From assembly GCF_000143415.4 (NCBI RefSeq), contig NW_003314416.1, forward strand, positions 35,896-61,577: 25,682 nucleotides of DNA. Reading direction: 5' to 3'. This document shows, piece after piece, positions 1 to 10,404 of this stretch. Numbering within the stretch: the stretch's first letter is position 1; each line of letters begins with the position of its first letter. The translations under genes were made by a program, and so were the position numbers. The stretch comes from Selaginella moellendorffii (lineage: Eukaryota > Plantae > Lycopodiophyta). The notes under the pieces are model-generated. The model had not been told where the DNA came from, ran no database searches, and saw only the letters and a program-made list of their open reading frames with translations.

Positions 1-414
1 TGCTAGATCGAGCTCGAAGAGGAAGGCGAGGCGGCGGAACGAGGATGGGACGGTGCCGCGGAAGAAATTTGTGTTGATGTGGAAGAGCGCGAGGTACTTG
101 AGATTGGCGAGCTCGGGGACCAATCGACCCGAGAGGCGCGCGTGGTTGAGATCGATGCCAGTGACCGCTCGCTCGTAGGCATTGTCTGGCGATGGCGAGC
201 AAAAGATCCCCTTGTAGCTACACACATCCGGCCCGATCCACGAGCCGGTTACGTTGCCAGGGTCGGATGTGATTGCCCTCTTCCACGCTTGAATCGCCGC
301 AAACTCATCGCCCACCAGCGACCCTCGCTGCGCTGACCCAAATCGCGAGAAAGCTCCTAGCACGAGAAGAAGTAGAAGAGGGAGGAGAAGCCTTTGATGT
401 TCTTGCCGCTCCAT
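1..414 (-). CDS. Leucine-rich repeat extensin-like (LRX/PEX family) protein, 5' part; runs off the window
   Basis: Manual translation from ATG at 414 (absent from the ORF track): MERQEHQRLLLPLLLLLVLGAFSRFGSA (signal peptide) ... AIQAWKRAITSDPGNVTGSWIGPDVCSYKGIFC ... VTGIDLNHARLSGRLVPELANLKYLALFHINTNFFRGTVPSSFRRLAFLFELDL. This is the LRX N-cap plus first LRRs. The extensin tail is not visible. Confidence 0.85.
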   Translation of the reverse strand, partial: MERQEHQRLLLPLLLLLVLGAFSRFGSAQRGSLVGDEFAAIQAWKRAITSDPGNVTGSWIGPDVCSYKGIFCSPSPDNAYERAVTGIDLNHARLSGRLVPELANLKYLALFHINTNFFRGTVPSSFRRLAFLFELDLA

Positions 415-1443
415 TGCATATCCTTTCGCGAGAGAGCTCTTCTCCTCTGTTCGTTCTTACAGTCTATAGCACTCGATCGATCGATCTATCTATCTCTGTC
501 GATCTAGCTTTCTAAAGTTCTAGAAGAGAGGAAGATCTAAGAGAGAACACCTCCTTTCTCTTTCTCTTCTTCTCTCGCTGGTGTTGTCGATGGATCAATG
601 GATCAGAGCTCTGCGACCACTGTTTCCAGTGTGCCTGGAAACTGGAACCACGCAAACCGTGAATGAAAACTTTAGCGCGGCCAGGCCGGGCAGGCAGCTG
701 GACTGACTCGCGAGCGTATTAATTTATGTAAAACCACGCTCTCTCTTCTTCACTCCCCTCGCTTGATCTTTTTAGAGTGTTCTTTAACGCGTTCTTCTTT
801 GGAATGCCAACTTTTTATTTGGATTTTTTTTTTTTGCTCTTCTTTTTGCTCTGGCATGGGATAGGATTCTTTCCCGCGGTGGCAGCAACACACACATACA
901 GTCGATCGTTAGCGACTTACGCAATCATGCAGCAAATCAACGATGGGGATGATGGTTTTCGCGCATTTTCTAAGGATTCTCGTTTGAAAAGAGGGGTGTG
1001 TCCTGTTTTCTAGTCCAAGTTTTGGATCTTCTTCGTCCTGGCAAACCCCAACTTTTTCTAAAGACGCGTCGCACGTCGGGTTAGCTACGTGTCTCTTTTT
1101 TTTTTCTCGCGAGGTCGCAACTTCGCGCACATCTCCAAGCTGTCATCCACTGGATTCTTTTCAAAGAATCAATCCCGGGAAAGTCTCCAAATCTTAGGGT
1201 TATGGGGAGGGAATATGGAATCTAGGTTACAGTTATTCCACTGTTAAAAAAGGGCCTGCCTTTTTTTTAAATGCCCTGGCCTGTGTGGCATTTTGTTGCA
1301 CCCACAAGACTTTAAATGAGAGAATTGAATGCAGCTACAACATCAGACTGTCTGCAGTAATAGCCAGCAAAGGACCAACCAAGACAAGTTTTCTGGTAGA
1401 AGAGAGAGAACTCACAAGCCCTAAACCTAAAATCAATCTCTAG

Positions 1444-1985
1444 NNNNNNNNNNNNNNNNNNNNNNNNNNNNNNNNNNNNNNNNNNNNNNNNNNNNNNNNN
1501 NNNNNNNNNNNNNNNNNNNNNNNNNNNNNNNNNNNNNNNNNNNNNNNNNNNNNNNNNNNNNNNNNNNNNNNNNNNNNNNNNNNNNNNNNNNNNNNNNNNN
1601 NNNNNNNNNNNNNNNNNNNNNNNNNNNNNNNNNNNNNNNNNNNNNNNNNNNNNNNNNNNNNNNNNNNNNNNNNNNNNNNNNNNNNNNNNNNNNNNNNNNN
1701 NNNNNNNNNNNNNNNNNNNNNNNNNNNNNNNNNNNNNNNNNNNNNNNNNNNNNNNNNNNNNNNNNNNNNNNNNNNNNNNNNNNNNNNNNNNNNNNNNNNN
1801 NNNNNNNNNNNNNNNNNNNNNNNNNNNNNNNNNNNNNNNNNNNNNNNNNNNNNNNNNNNNNNNNNNNNNNNNNNNNNNNNNNNNNNNNNNNNNNNNNNNN
1901 NNNNNNNNNNNNNNNNNNNNNNNNNNNNNNNNNNNNNNNNNNNNNNNNNNNNNNNNNNNNNNNNNNNNNNNNNNNNNNNNNNNNN
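1444..1985. other. Assembly gap (N run), probably hiding the CBP80 start
   Basis: 542 Ns. CBP80 coding sequence (YGQAEADEHI followed by a GTAAG donor) starts immediately after the gap. Confidence 0.98.
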
Positions 1986-4900
1986 GTATGGGCAGGCGGA
2001 AGCTGACGAGCACATTGTAAGTTTCTTCATCGCTAGGCATTCGTTGATCCGGGGTCGCAGGAGACGTGCTCCATGGTCATCGCGAGGGATTTGAGGCAGT
2101 ACGAGGACGAGATTCTCGATGTAAGTCTGCGGAGAGTGATGCGCCGGTCATTTTGGCCTGAGCCTTGTGTTGCAGGTTTTGATCCAGTGTGCCGAGGAGC
2201 TTCCACACAAGCTGCCCTTTTATGGCGCTGTGGTAAGCTTAAAACCGAGAATCTAGTGGAGAGCTCATCTGTTTTCTTTCGTGAAGGTTGGTCTCACGAA
2301 CATAGAGGAGGCAAATTTTGTTTCTCGAATCGTTGAGAGAGTTCACAGTCGGCTCCAGGTAAATTCTTGCTTCTTCATTTTCTTGAGGAATTCTCAGCTC
2401 GTTCCTGTCAGGATGCACTCAATACCGAGGATTGTAACAGATTGAGAATACTTTTACGGTTCCTGGCGGTGTTGGTAAGGTCGATATATGTTTTTCTTCG
2501 CTAGTTTCTCAGACGTTATGGTTTTTTTTTTCTCTTTTAGATGTGCAATAACGTCATCTCGTCCACCTCCCTCGTTGAAGTGTTTGAAACGCTCCTGTCT
2601 TCAGCCGCAACTACTGTTGATGAAGAAGTTGGAAACCCGGCCTGGCAGCCGCGAGCTGACTTCTACGTTTCGTGTATCCTGTCATCGCTTCCTTGGTGTG
2701 GATTCGAGCTGCAAGAGGTAATGTTGTGTCCTCATACCGGCATCATGGTTAAGAAGATGGTTTTTCTCTGTTGTAGCGAGCTCCGGAGGAGCTTGAGCGG
2801 GTTATGGCTGCTGTAGAGGCATATTTTAGCCTTAGAATGCAGAGACCGGATTCCTTACTCACTCCTTTCTACGTGGATTCTAGTGGAACTTCTCCAATCA
2901 CGGGTCAAGTACTGTTCGAAAAGTCTTTCGTCTGCGCGCACTAAAGCTGTTTTCATACAGGACTACGTACAGGAGTTTTGGTCCAGGACACAACAATTGC
3001 AACAAGCTGGATGGAAAGCTGACAGTGGTCTGTTCCTTAAAAAATAATTGGACCTTCTTAATCGTTTATGCTTTTGCCAGTTCCGAGGCCATATGCTTCT
3101 TTCGAATCTCGACTAGTAACGTCTCAGACCCTTCACCAGCTGAAGGCTCTAGCTTGCCCAGCTATACCAAAACCATATACTGGTCCAAAGGATTTGGCTT
3201 TTGGGAGGCAAACTCATGAAGCGGAAACCAAATACCCTCAAAGAACCGGTCGTTTGCGGGTTTTTCCTCCAGAAAATTCAGAGAAGGTACTTGAAATAAC
3301 TCTTCTCTTTCCTCGTACTGATTGTTGTTTTTCTAGGATATGGCCCCTATCGATTGCTTCATTGTGGAAGAGTATTTGCTGGATATAATGTTGTACTTGA
3401 ATGGGAGGTACGTGGAAGCTACCATTCGAATCTCTGTAATTACCGGATCGTCTTGTTTAGTCGCAAAGAATGCGCAGCTTTCATGGTAGGGCTGCCCGTG
3501 CCATTTCGTTACGACTACCTTATGGCTGAAGTTGTTTTCGGACAGGTAAGAAGTTTATTCGCGTCTACAAATCTGATATTTGTTTCTCCGCCAGATGCTT
3601 TTACTTCCCAAGCCTCCTTTTAAGCTGATTTATTACACTATAGTCATTATTGATCTCTGCAAGGTTAGCTTTGTTCCAATCCCCCCCTGTTATCAAGCTT
3701 TCTTTTCTTACTTTTTTTTTTTTCTATCTTGCAGGCTTTACCTGGTTCTTTTCCGGGCTTGCTTGCTGCGGTCGTACGAAATCTGTTCAGCAGAATTAGT
3801 GAGCTAGATGTTGAATGCAGATCTCGTCTCAGCACATGGCTTTCTCATCACATGTACAGTCCTATATTTTGATTTTGCTTCCATGGTTTTAACAGGCTGC
3901 TCGCAGGTCTAATTTTCAATTTATCTGGCCATGGAGCGATTTTGCTCACGTTGCTGAGCAACCGGCATGGTCACCTCAACGAGTCTTTGTTCAGGAGACG
4001 TTGGAGAAGGAAGTTCGCTTGTCATATTGGGAAAGAGTGAAACAGGCAAGGAATTTGACGATGCTTTGGAGCTTTTCTCACCTGTCAAATCTGGATGGCA
4101 GAGTTTGGACGATTCTCCAAAGCTTTGTGACTTACTTCCTCCAAAAAACACTCCAGAGTTCAGATTTAGTCGGGACAACCAAGTAGAAGGTTTGGAGACA
4201 GAGACGGGGTTTGCTTCTGAGTTACTGGCACAGATCAAAACAAAGAAGGGAATGAAAGACATAGAGTCGTGGTTTGAAAGCAAGATTGTTCCTGCTGCTG
4301 GTCAAAAAGTTGCAATCGAGATCCTGCTTCAAACACTTCTCAACTTGGGGTCAAAAAGTTTCACACACATGGTCACTGTGCTCGAGAGATATGGTCAACT
4401 CATTGCTACGCTTGCACCAGATGAGACGTTACAAGTACATGTGATCGACGAGGTTGCCAGGTTCTGGCAGAATTCATCTCAAATGATCGCGATTGTGGTG
4501 GACCGCATGATGGGCTACAGGTTGGTATCCAATCTGGCAGTTATCAGGTGGTCCTTTAAGGACGAAAACGTTCAAACTTTTCACACTTCTGGCCGGGTCT
4601 GGGAGGTAGGCGTTTTTTGACGAAGGACATTGGACTATGATTAACAGTTTTTCCTGTGTTTCAGCTTCTGGGAAATGCAATCAATAAGGCAGGCAATCGC
4701 ACCGCAGACCTTCAAAGGGATGTGGTAAACGCCAAAAGAGCACTAGACGAAGCTGATGGAGCAGTTAGCAAAGCCGAAAGAAACCGATCGAACGTTCAAG
4801 AGCTCATTGATTCGGCCGAGACTGACGATGCACGGAAACAAGCTACGTCTAAGATGGAGTGGGTCAAAACGACGGTTATAAAAGCAAGAGGTCGACAAAC

Positions 4901-5517
4901 TGCTGCTCAGGATCTACTTGAAACGAAGGAGGCTTTACTCTCGGGAGCTCTTAGGGAGCAAGACGTATGACCTTTAGTTTTCCTTTTTAAAAACGTTCGC
5001 TAACATACCGAGTTTAAATGCAGACGCTTGTGTGTTTGGTGTTCCAGAACCTTGTCTCAACTATATCTTCCAAGCATTCGAAAAGTGATGCTGATGGTGC
5101 TGATACTGCGGAGCCGGAAGCTATGGATGTCGACGCTGATCCTTCTGCAGCTGCAACAGAAGGCAATAACAACGAGAACAACGAAAACCAGAATGAAAGG
5201 TACAAAAAATCGGTTTGAATTCTTCCTTAACGCTAGAATCAATCTACCAGTGTGGCAAGCAAGGGGGAAGATCATCCGAACGAGGAGCTCAAGCACTGGC
5301 AAAGATGCACGATGGGACACCTTGAGGCATTTTGTCGCCAGTACGCCGCAGAGGTAGGCTACTAGAACTTGGTCTTTGCCTTTCTAAACGGTTCACTCGA
5401 CAGGTCTGGCAGATGATCGAGAAACTCGATCAAGAAGTGTTCACGGAAAATGCAAACCAGGAAGTCATCAAAGTTGTCTACTCTGCCATTAAGCGCCCAA
5501 GCTTGGACAAGAACTAA
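1986..5517 (+). CDS. CBP80: Nuclear cap-binding protein subunit 1 (CBP80/ABH1), multi-exon, 5' end missing
   Basis: Spliced exons give VLIQCAEELPHKLPFYGAV, GNPAWQPRADFYVSCILSSLPWCG, RKECAAFMVGLPVPFRYDYLMAEVVFGQMLLLPKPPFKLIYYTIVIIDLCK, HHMSNFQFIWPW, EKEVRLSYWERVKQS and GSKSFTHMVTVLERYG, all characteristic of the MIF4G-like domains of plant CBP80. Stop TAA at 5515-5517. Confidence 0.95.
4046..4101 (+). other. Non-canonical GC-AG intron in CBP80
   Basis: AAACAG|GCAAGG ... GGCAG|AGTTTG. Removing these 56 nt joins WERVKQ to SLDDSPKLCDLLPPK and restores the conserved motif. No GT donor gives this frame. Confidence 0.85.
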
Positions 5518-5656
5518 GAGGCAAGTATTTCAAACTCACACTTACGTAAGAGCTATAGACCGCGGCAGCCAAGGATCACGTTGATCCTGTATTTTCCCTC
5601 TAAAAAATGGTAAAACCCGGTTAAAGGTTAAATTTTGCTTACTACATAAGCGAGCT

Positions 5657-6388
5657 ATGGCGATGACAGCGTGTTCTTCGGATCCCCAAGGTATGTGTTT
5701 GTTCCTATCGCTCGCGCTATTTCACATTTTTACTGCAGTGGCGCTGGATTTCGCGAGGGTGGCTGTGAAGAGTATCGTTGCCGGAGGAAAAGGGGAGAAT
5801 TTGGCTCCGAGCTCCAAAGGGTTTGCCGCGGCTGCCAGACGCCTCAACACCAACGAGGAAGACGTCCGCCACACTGTCTCGCTATTGTCTCGAGCTCTTG
5901 CCCGTGCTGCCAAGCTCAACGTTCCCGCGGATCGCATGGTGGATTTCCTCGCTAGATTGGGTTACCAGGATCAAGTAAGCGAGACAATAGCCAGCTTCTA
6001 CAGCGAGCAGCTCCCATCGATTCGATCGGTGGTTTCTTTCCCGCTCGTCACAGCTCCGATATACAAGTCTCTCGAGTGGAGGCTCGATGTGGAGGTACGA
6101 TTATTTGTTTTCTGTCTGTCTTGGAAGAAGAAGCTGAAGAACAAAGTTTTTCAGGTTGCGAGCCGGAGATCACACAGCCCAGCCCGACCATCGTTCCTGC
6201 TCAAGCTCACAACCTCTAGTCCCAGCTTTTTGCGAGGAGTGGATCATCCATCACCGCCCGCGAGAAAAGTTCACTACTTGCAAGCCGACTACAAGACGCT
6301 GCGAGAGATTTGTGCGCAGCTCGAGCAAGCACTGAGCGAGAGCAAGTCGTCGCAAACCCGGCGGATTCTTAGCCAAATCAAAGAGTAG
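5657..6388 (+). CDS. COMMD2: COMM domain-containing protein, COMMD2-like (exons 5657-5690, 5739-6094, 6155-6388)
   Basis: VALDFARVAV...AAARRLNTNEEDVRHTV... and a C-terminal COMM domain YKSLEWRLDVEVASR...PSFLLKL...LQADYKTLREICAQLEQALSESKSSQTRRILSQIK. This matches animal COMMD2 (YHNLEWRLDVQLASR...LEQALEEMKTNHCRRVVRNIK). Confidence 0.85.
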   Translation: MAMTACSSDPQGMCLFLSLALFHIFTAVALDFARVAVKSIVAGGKGENLAPSSKGFAAAARRLNTNEEDVRHTVSLLSRALARAAKLNVPADRMVDFLARLGYQDQVSETIASFYSEQLPSIRSVVSFPLVTAPIYKSLEWRLDVEVRLFVFCLSWKKKLKNKVFQVASRRSHSPARPSFLLKLTTSSPSFLRGVDHPSPPARKVHYLQADYKTLREICAQLEQALSESKSSQTRRILSQIKE

Positions 6389-6453
6389 TCTAGTTTCAAA
6401 GCTCTTCCCCAAGTTTGCTTGTTTAGTGGGATTCACTTGGAAAAACGAAATCG

Positions 6454-6483
6454 TTGACTCCATTGACTATCATTGACTGTCAA
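6454..6483. promoter_or_regulatory. Three tandem W-boxes (TTGACT) plus an inverted TTGAC core upstream of the DnaJ gene
   Basis: TTGACT at 6454, 6463 and 6473; GTCAA at 6479. Confidence 0.45.
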
Positions 6484-6526
6484 GCTGGAGGAACTTAAAG
6501 GCCATGAAAGTGTTTTTTTATTGCAT

Positions 6527-6535
6527 TTAGGGTTT
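6527..6535 (-). promoter_or_regulatory. Telo-box (AAACCCTAA) just upstream of the DnaJ ATG
   Basis: TTAGGGTTT on the + strand, 17 nt before the ATG, the usual position in plant housekeeping genes. Confidence 0.45.
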
Positions 6536-6552
6536 GTAAGTATAGGTCGGGT

Positions 6553-8819
6553 ATGGCGCGGGAGAAGAAGAAGCGGAGCAAGCTGCGGCATTCGGACGAT
6601 GAGGAGGAGGCGCGGCGTAGCAAATCCAAACACCGGAAGCGAGGTAGACATTGCGATCCATCCAGCGACGAGGATGCCAGCAGCAGTGGCTATAGCAGCA
6701 GCAGTGAGGACGAGAGAAGGAGAAGGAAGCGCAAGGAGAGGAAGAAGGAGAAGAAGAGGAAGGAGAGGAAGAGGAAGGATAATTTAGAGAGCAAGAGCAG
6801 GAGTCTGGAAGTAAATGGCGGTGATGAAGAACTGGTGGCGCCTGAGATTGTGGCAAACGAAATTCTCCTCGAGTTTCCAGCACTCTCCGGCGAGCTCAAG
6901 CAGGTACAGCATTCTTCTCCTATCTAGCAAAGCTTCGATCAATCCTAATTTCGCCTCTTCTTTCTTTTGGCTCAGCTTCTCCATATGGTTGATAGTGGCC
7001 AAGGAGTCGATGTTAGTGGCATCCCGGACGAGAAACTTAGAGAGCTTCTTTTCAAGCTGTTCCAAGCGCTGAAACTTTCGAAGGTAGATCGAGTTTACTT
7101 ACTGCCTGAAGGGTCGAATCCCACGCTCTCGACGTTGGCAGAAGTTTTGAAAGGCGTGCCTGATGCTGCTCCAAAAGAAGAAGAGGAAGCGATCGAAAGA
7201 AAAGAGTCTCATGGGATTGGACCCGCGGAACGTCCTCCGGCTCCCAGGTAGTCGTGTTTAGTTTGCAAAACGCTCGTTTTTTTTATCTTTCTATCTCTTG
7301 CAGGGTGATAGGTCCGACTATGCCGACTCCAGATATGTTGGCGGCAGCAGCAAGAGTAACAGAGGCAGAGGATGCTTTGAGGTGACTTTCTGAAAAGCTA
7401 TTTCGATATAGTATAAGTTTGTATTTCAGAAAAGCGGAAGAAGAACTGGACCAAGATCCTTTTGTTGGTCCTCCTCCGCCCGCAATTGTTGCCGAGGCAG
7501 AATCTGTAAATGAAGCTGAGCGATTTGAAGAGGTATGTTTCTTCTCCATGTTGGTTATATCTTGAGGAACTTTTTGCTTGGTTTTTCAGGTCACTAGAAT
7601 ACTGGATCCGGATATGAGAGATGCGTATCACATCTTGAGCGTCAAGCCAGATGCAACTGCAGAAGTGATCAAGAAAAGGTTCGCTTTTCTTTTTTCTTCC
7701 TTCACTCAAGTCGTGATTTGTGTATCTTTTCTCAGGTACTGGAAGTTGTCGCTCCTCGTTCACCCGGATAAATGCGCTCATCCTCACGCACAAGATGCAT
7801 TTACAACCATAAATAAAGCATTCCAAGAGCTTCAAGATCCTGTAAAGGTATGAAAAACATTCGAAAGCCTCCTGTCGTGACTAAAATGCTTAATACCATT
7901 CCACAGAGAGCGGCAATTGACCACACTATATCCGAAAGGAAAAGAAAGGAGGAAGAGGAGGTACTATGGCATTTTGAGGCTATGTGACATGCACCGACGG
8001 TCTTGATTTTGCAGGTTGAGTTGCGGTCCCTTCGGGAGGCTGCTCAGTGGAGGCGCATGCGAGGTACTATTCCACTTTTGTTTTCTCTTTGTGAGCTTAG
8101 AACTTCGAGTCCATTACAGGCGAAATAGCGTTGGCTGGAGATGATGAGCTTCTTGGAACAGCGCCAAAAGCTCCAAGTCGGGACGAATGGATGACTGTTC
8201 TTCCACCAGAAAGACAGGTAACTTCATTCAATGGACTGCGGTGCGTCCAGTAGCACATAAAATATGATGTCTATGTCTACAGGCTGGACCTCCGAGCATG
8301 CATTCAACATTCTTTAGCAAGACTGAGAAGACTGGGCGAGGAGATACGAGCGTATGGACAGACACTCCTCTTGAGAAGGCACAGAAAGCAAAGATGCAGT
8401 GAGTGGACGCTGTTTAACCCGCATGACTTACATCTAATGATCTTATCTTTTTTCTAAACAGGTACCTGGAAGCTTACAATCAGGCTGCTTTACCAGCGGC
8501 TGCCACGGACGCCGCTACTGCCGCCGAATCTCAGAGATCATCCGAGATTGCCAAAGTGGTGGACAAGTACAACGAGAAGAAGCGGGCCGAGTCTCTAGTC
8601 GAGAAGCATAAACGAGAAGCGTCCGAGAAGAAAAACGCCGGGAACAAGAAGAGCCAACCGGTTGAAGATTGGGTTGGAAAGCATCCGTGGAAGCCATGGG
8701 ACCGAGAGAACGATCTGGCAGCAGGGAGGAAGTCCGTGAAACTCGACGCCAAGTCGATGGCACAGGGACTAAGCTCAAGGTTTGGTTCTTCCGGTGCTGG
8801 CGAACGGAAGTTCCTCTAG
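6553..8819 (+). CDS. DnaJ-domain protein with GPALPP-like motifs and a C-terminal DUF3752-type region, multi-exon
   Basis: Lys/Arg/Ser-rich N-terminus, VIGPTMP and VGPPPP motifs, J-domain DAYHILSV...KKRYWKLSLLVHPDKC...AFQELQDP with intact HPD, then RDEWMTVLPP, DTSVWTDTP, VDKYNEKKRAESLVEKH and PWDRENDL...GLSSRFG. Confidence 0.88.
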
Positions 8820-9008
8820 TATTGACATTGACTATATATCCATGGTTTGTTTTCATAAAGATATCAAAAGAGACTAAGGTTCTCAAAGCTCGTTCAAAGC
8901 CTCGTTCAAAGATCTGTATTGACATGTATTTTGTGATGCTATTAGACATAGAATTTAGAAGAAAAAGAAAAAAGAGGAAATTTAATTAATTGTTAAAGAT
9001 TGTAAATT

Positions 9009-10349
9009 TCAAGGCCTTGGAGGTGGGTTTGGAACATTAAATCCAGCGAAGAAAAAGTCGAGGCTACTGGGCCTTGCGATGTTGTATGATCCATGCCAGA
9101 AATTCTTCATGACAAACCAGTAACCAGCCTCAGTGAAATGATTGCTGTCGAAATATAAATAATCCTTGGGATTGTCACACACAAATTTGGCATATTTAGT
9201 TTTGTGGTCTGGCTTCCAATCATGCTTGTCAGCATCCCCACAAAACTCTGCTGCATTAAACGGTCCACCACCACAGCATGCCTTCTCTACCTCTTTGAAA
9301 CCTGGATTGATATACACAAATTAATATGAATGGAAAGTTATTTGTTCAGCTTACCATATTTTTGAGGGTTCTTTAACACGTTCATGATAACTGGAGATGG
9401 ATTCAATGTTGCAATGTTCAGCTCACGAAAGTCATGGTGAAGTTTTACAGCGAGATTCTGGAGTTGTGTGTTGTATGCATCCACAAGAATGTTAATGATT
9501 CCTGTGCAACCCTCTGGGGTTAAATTGGTGTTCCTGCTTTGTGCTGATAGTGCCCTCAAGTTAGGAGTACATCCAATTGGTGGTACTAGGAGAATTATGA
9601 TATGTTTAATACCATAACTGTAAATTTCCTATTAATCAAAATAAATATTTGAAGTTAGAGAAACACTTCGAAGACTTTTGTACCTGGATAGCACTCGAGT
9701 ATGCCTGTATCATCTGCTGGAAGAGATATGGGCTTGGAAGAGCATTAGCAATATCATTAGCTCCCATGCTAAACAAAGCGACGGAATTCTTCAAGAGCTG
9801 GTTTGTAAACTCCACACCCTTCTCCTTTCTATACTCATTTGTGACGTTGCGAAACTGGCGTAGCTGCTGGTTCATCGAAATAACTCCCTGATATAACCAG
9901 AAAAGAAAAAAATAAATAAAATTAAAAAACCCAAAATCCAAATCAGCCATAGAAGAGGAAAATTATGAGATTATACGTACGTGATGCACATTCGTCTCAT
10001 CTAGCAAGCCTGCACCGGCAGATGCGAAGTTCACCCCACTGAGAAAGTTGGCGCCGGGCTCAAGAAAAGGTGGCAACAACGGAAGCCCCAGTGCTTGAGC
10101 CAGGAAATCTGCAATCGTTCTACCATCTGTCCAACGCCCTGTTGGCTTGCTGAAGTACGTCTTTCCATACGGCGGAACTGCACTGACAATCTTGGAGCCT
10201 GGGATGTACGTGTTCTCTCCTCCATCTAACGCTGAGTCCCCGAAAACAAACAGGCCTTGTACTTGTGGATTCGTGCTAGGAGGAGTCACAGCTTGAGATG
10301 TTGAGATGCATGCAAGGAAAACAATGGTTAGAACCCTGAGCGCTTCCAT
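9009..10349 (-). CDS. Secreted GDSL/SGNH esterase-lipase (exons 10349-9981, 9887-9684, 9628-9355, 9301-9009)
   Basis: Signal peptide, block I FVFGDS, GRWTDGR, GVNFASAGAG, GANDI, PIGCTP, KACCG and block V YFDSNHFTE (intact DxxH). All introns are GT-AG and keep the frame. Confidence 0.95.
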
Positions 10350-10396
10350 CTCTCAACTTCTATGTTACTTCTATGGTTTGGTTTGTATTTCTCGCG

Positions 10397-10404
10397 TTTA
10401 TATA
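10397..10404 (-). promoter_or_regulatory. TATA box of the GDSL gene
   Basis: TATATAAA on the minus strand about 50 nt upstream of the ATG. A W-box (GGTCAA on +) lies at 10439-10444. Confidence 0.55.

Noticed and set aside
1-15. LRX reads ELDLA instead of the usual ELDLS, hinting at a 1-nt deletion
   Set aside because: It falls at the window edge, and a simple substitution explains it equally well.
1312-2040. 242-aa and 196-aa minus-strand ORFs
   Set aside because: Artefacts of the N gap.
5607-5650. Possible ATG-only first exon for COMMD2 (ATG|GTAAAA...TAAG|CGAGCTATG, in frame)
   Set aside because: It needs a 41-nt intron with a weak acceptor and adds only 3 aa. Untestable without cDNA.
8883-8910. 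Short tandem CTCGTTCAAAG duplication in the DnaJ 3' region, and (TTGGTC)n at about 20013-20038
   Set aside because: Ordinary slippage repeats with no supporting context.
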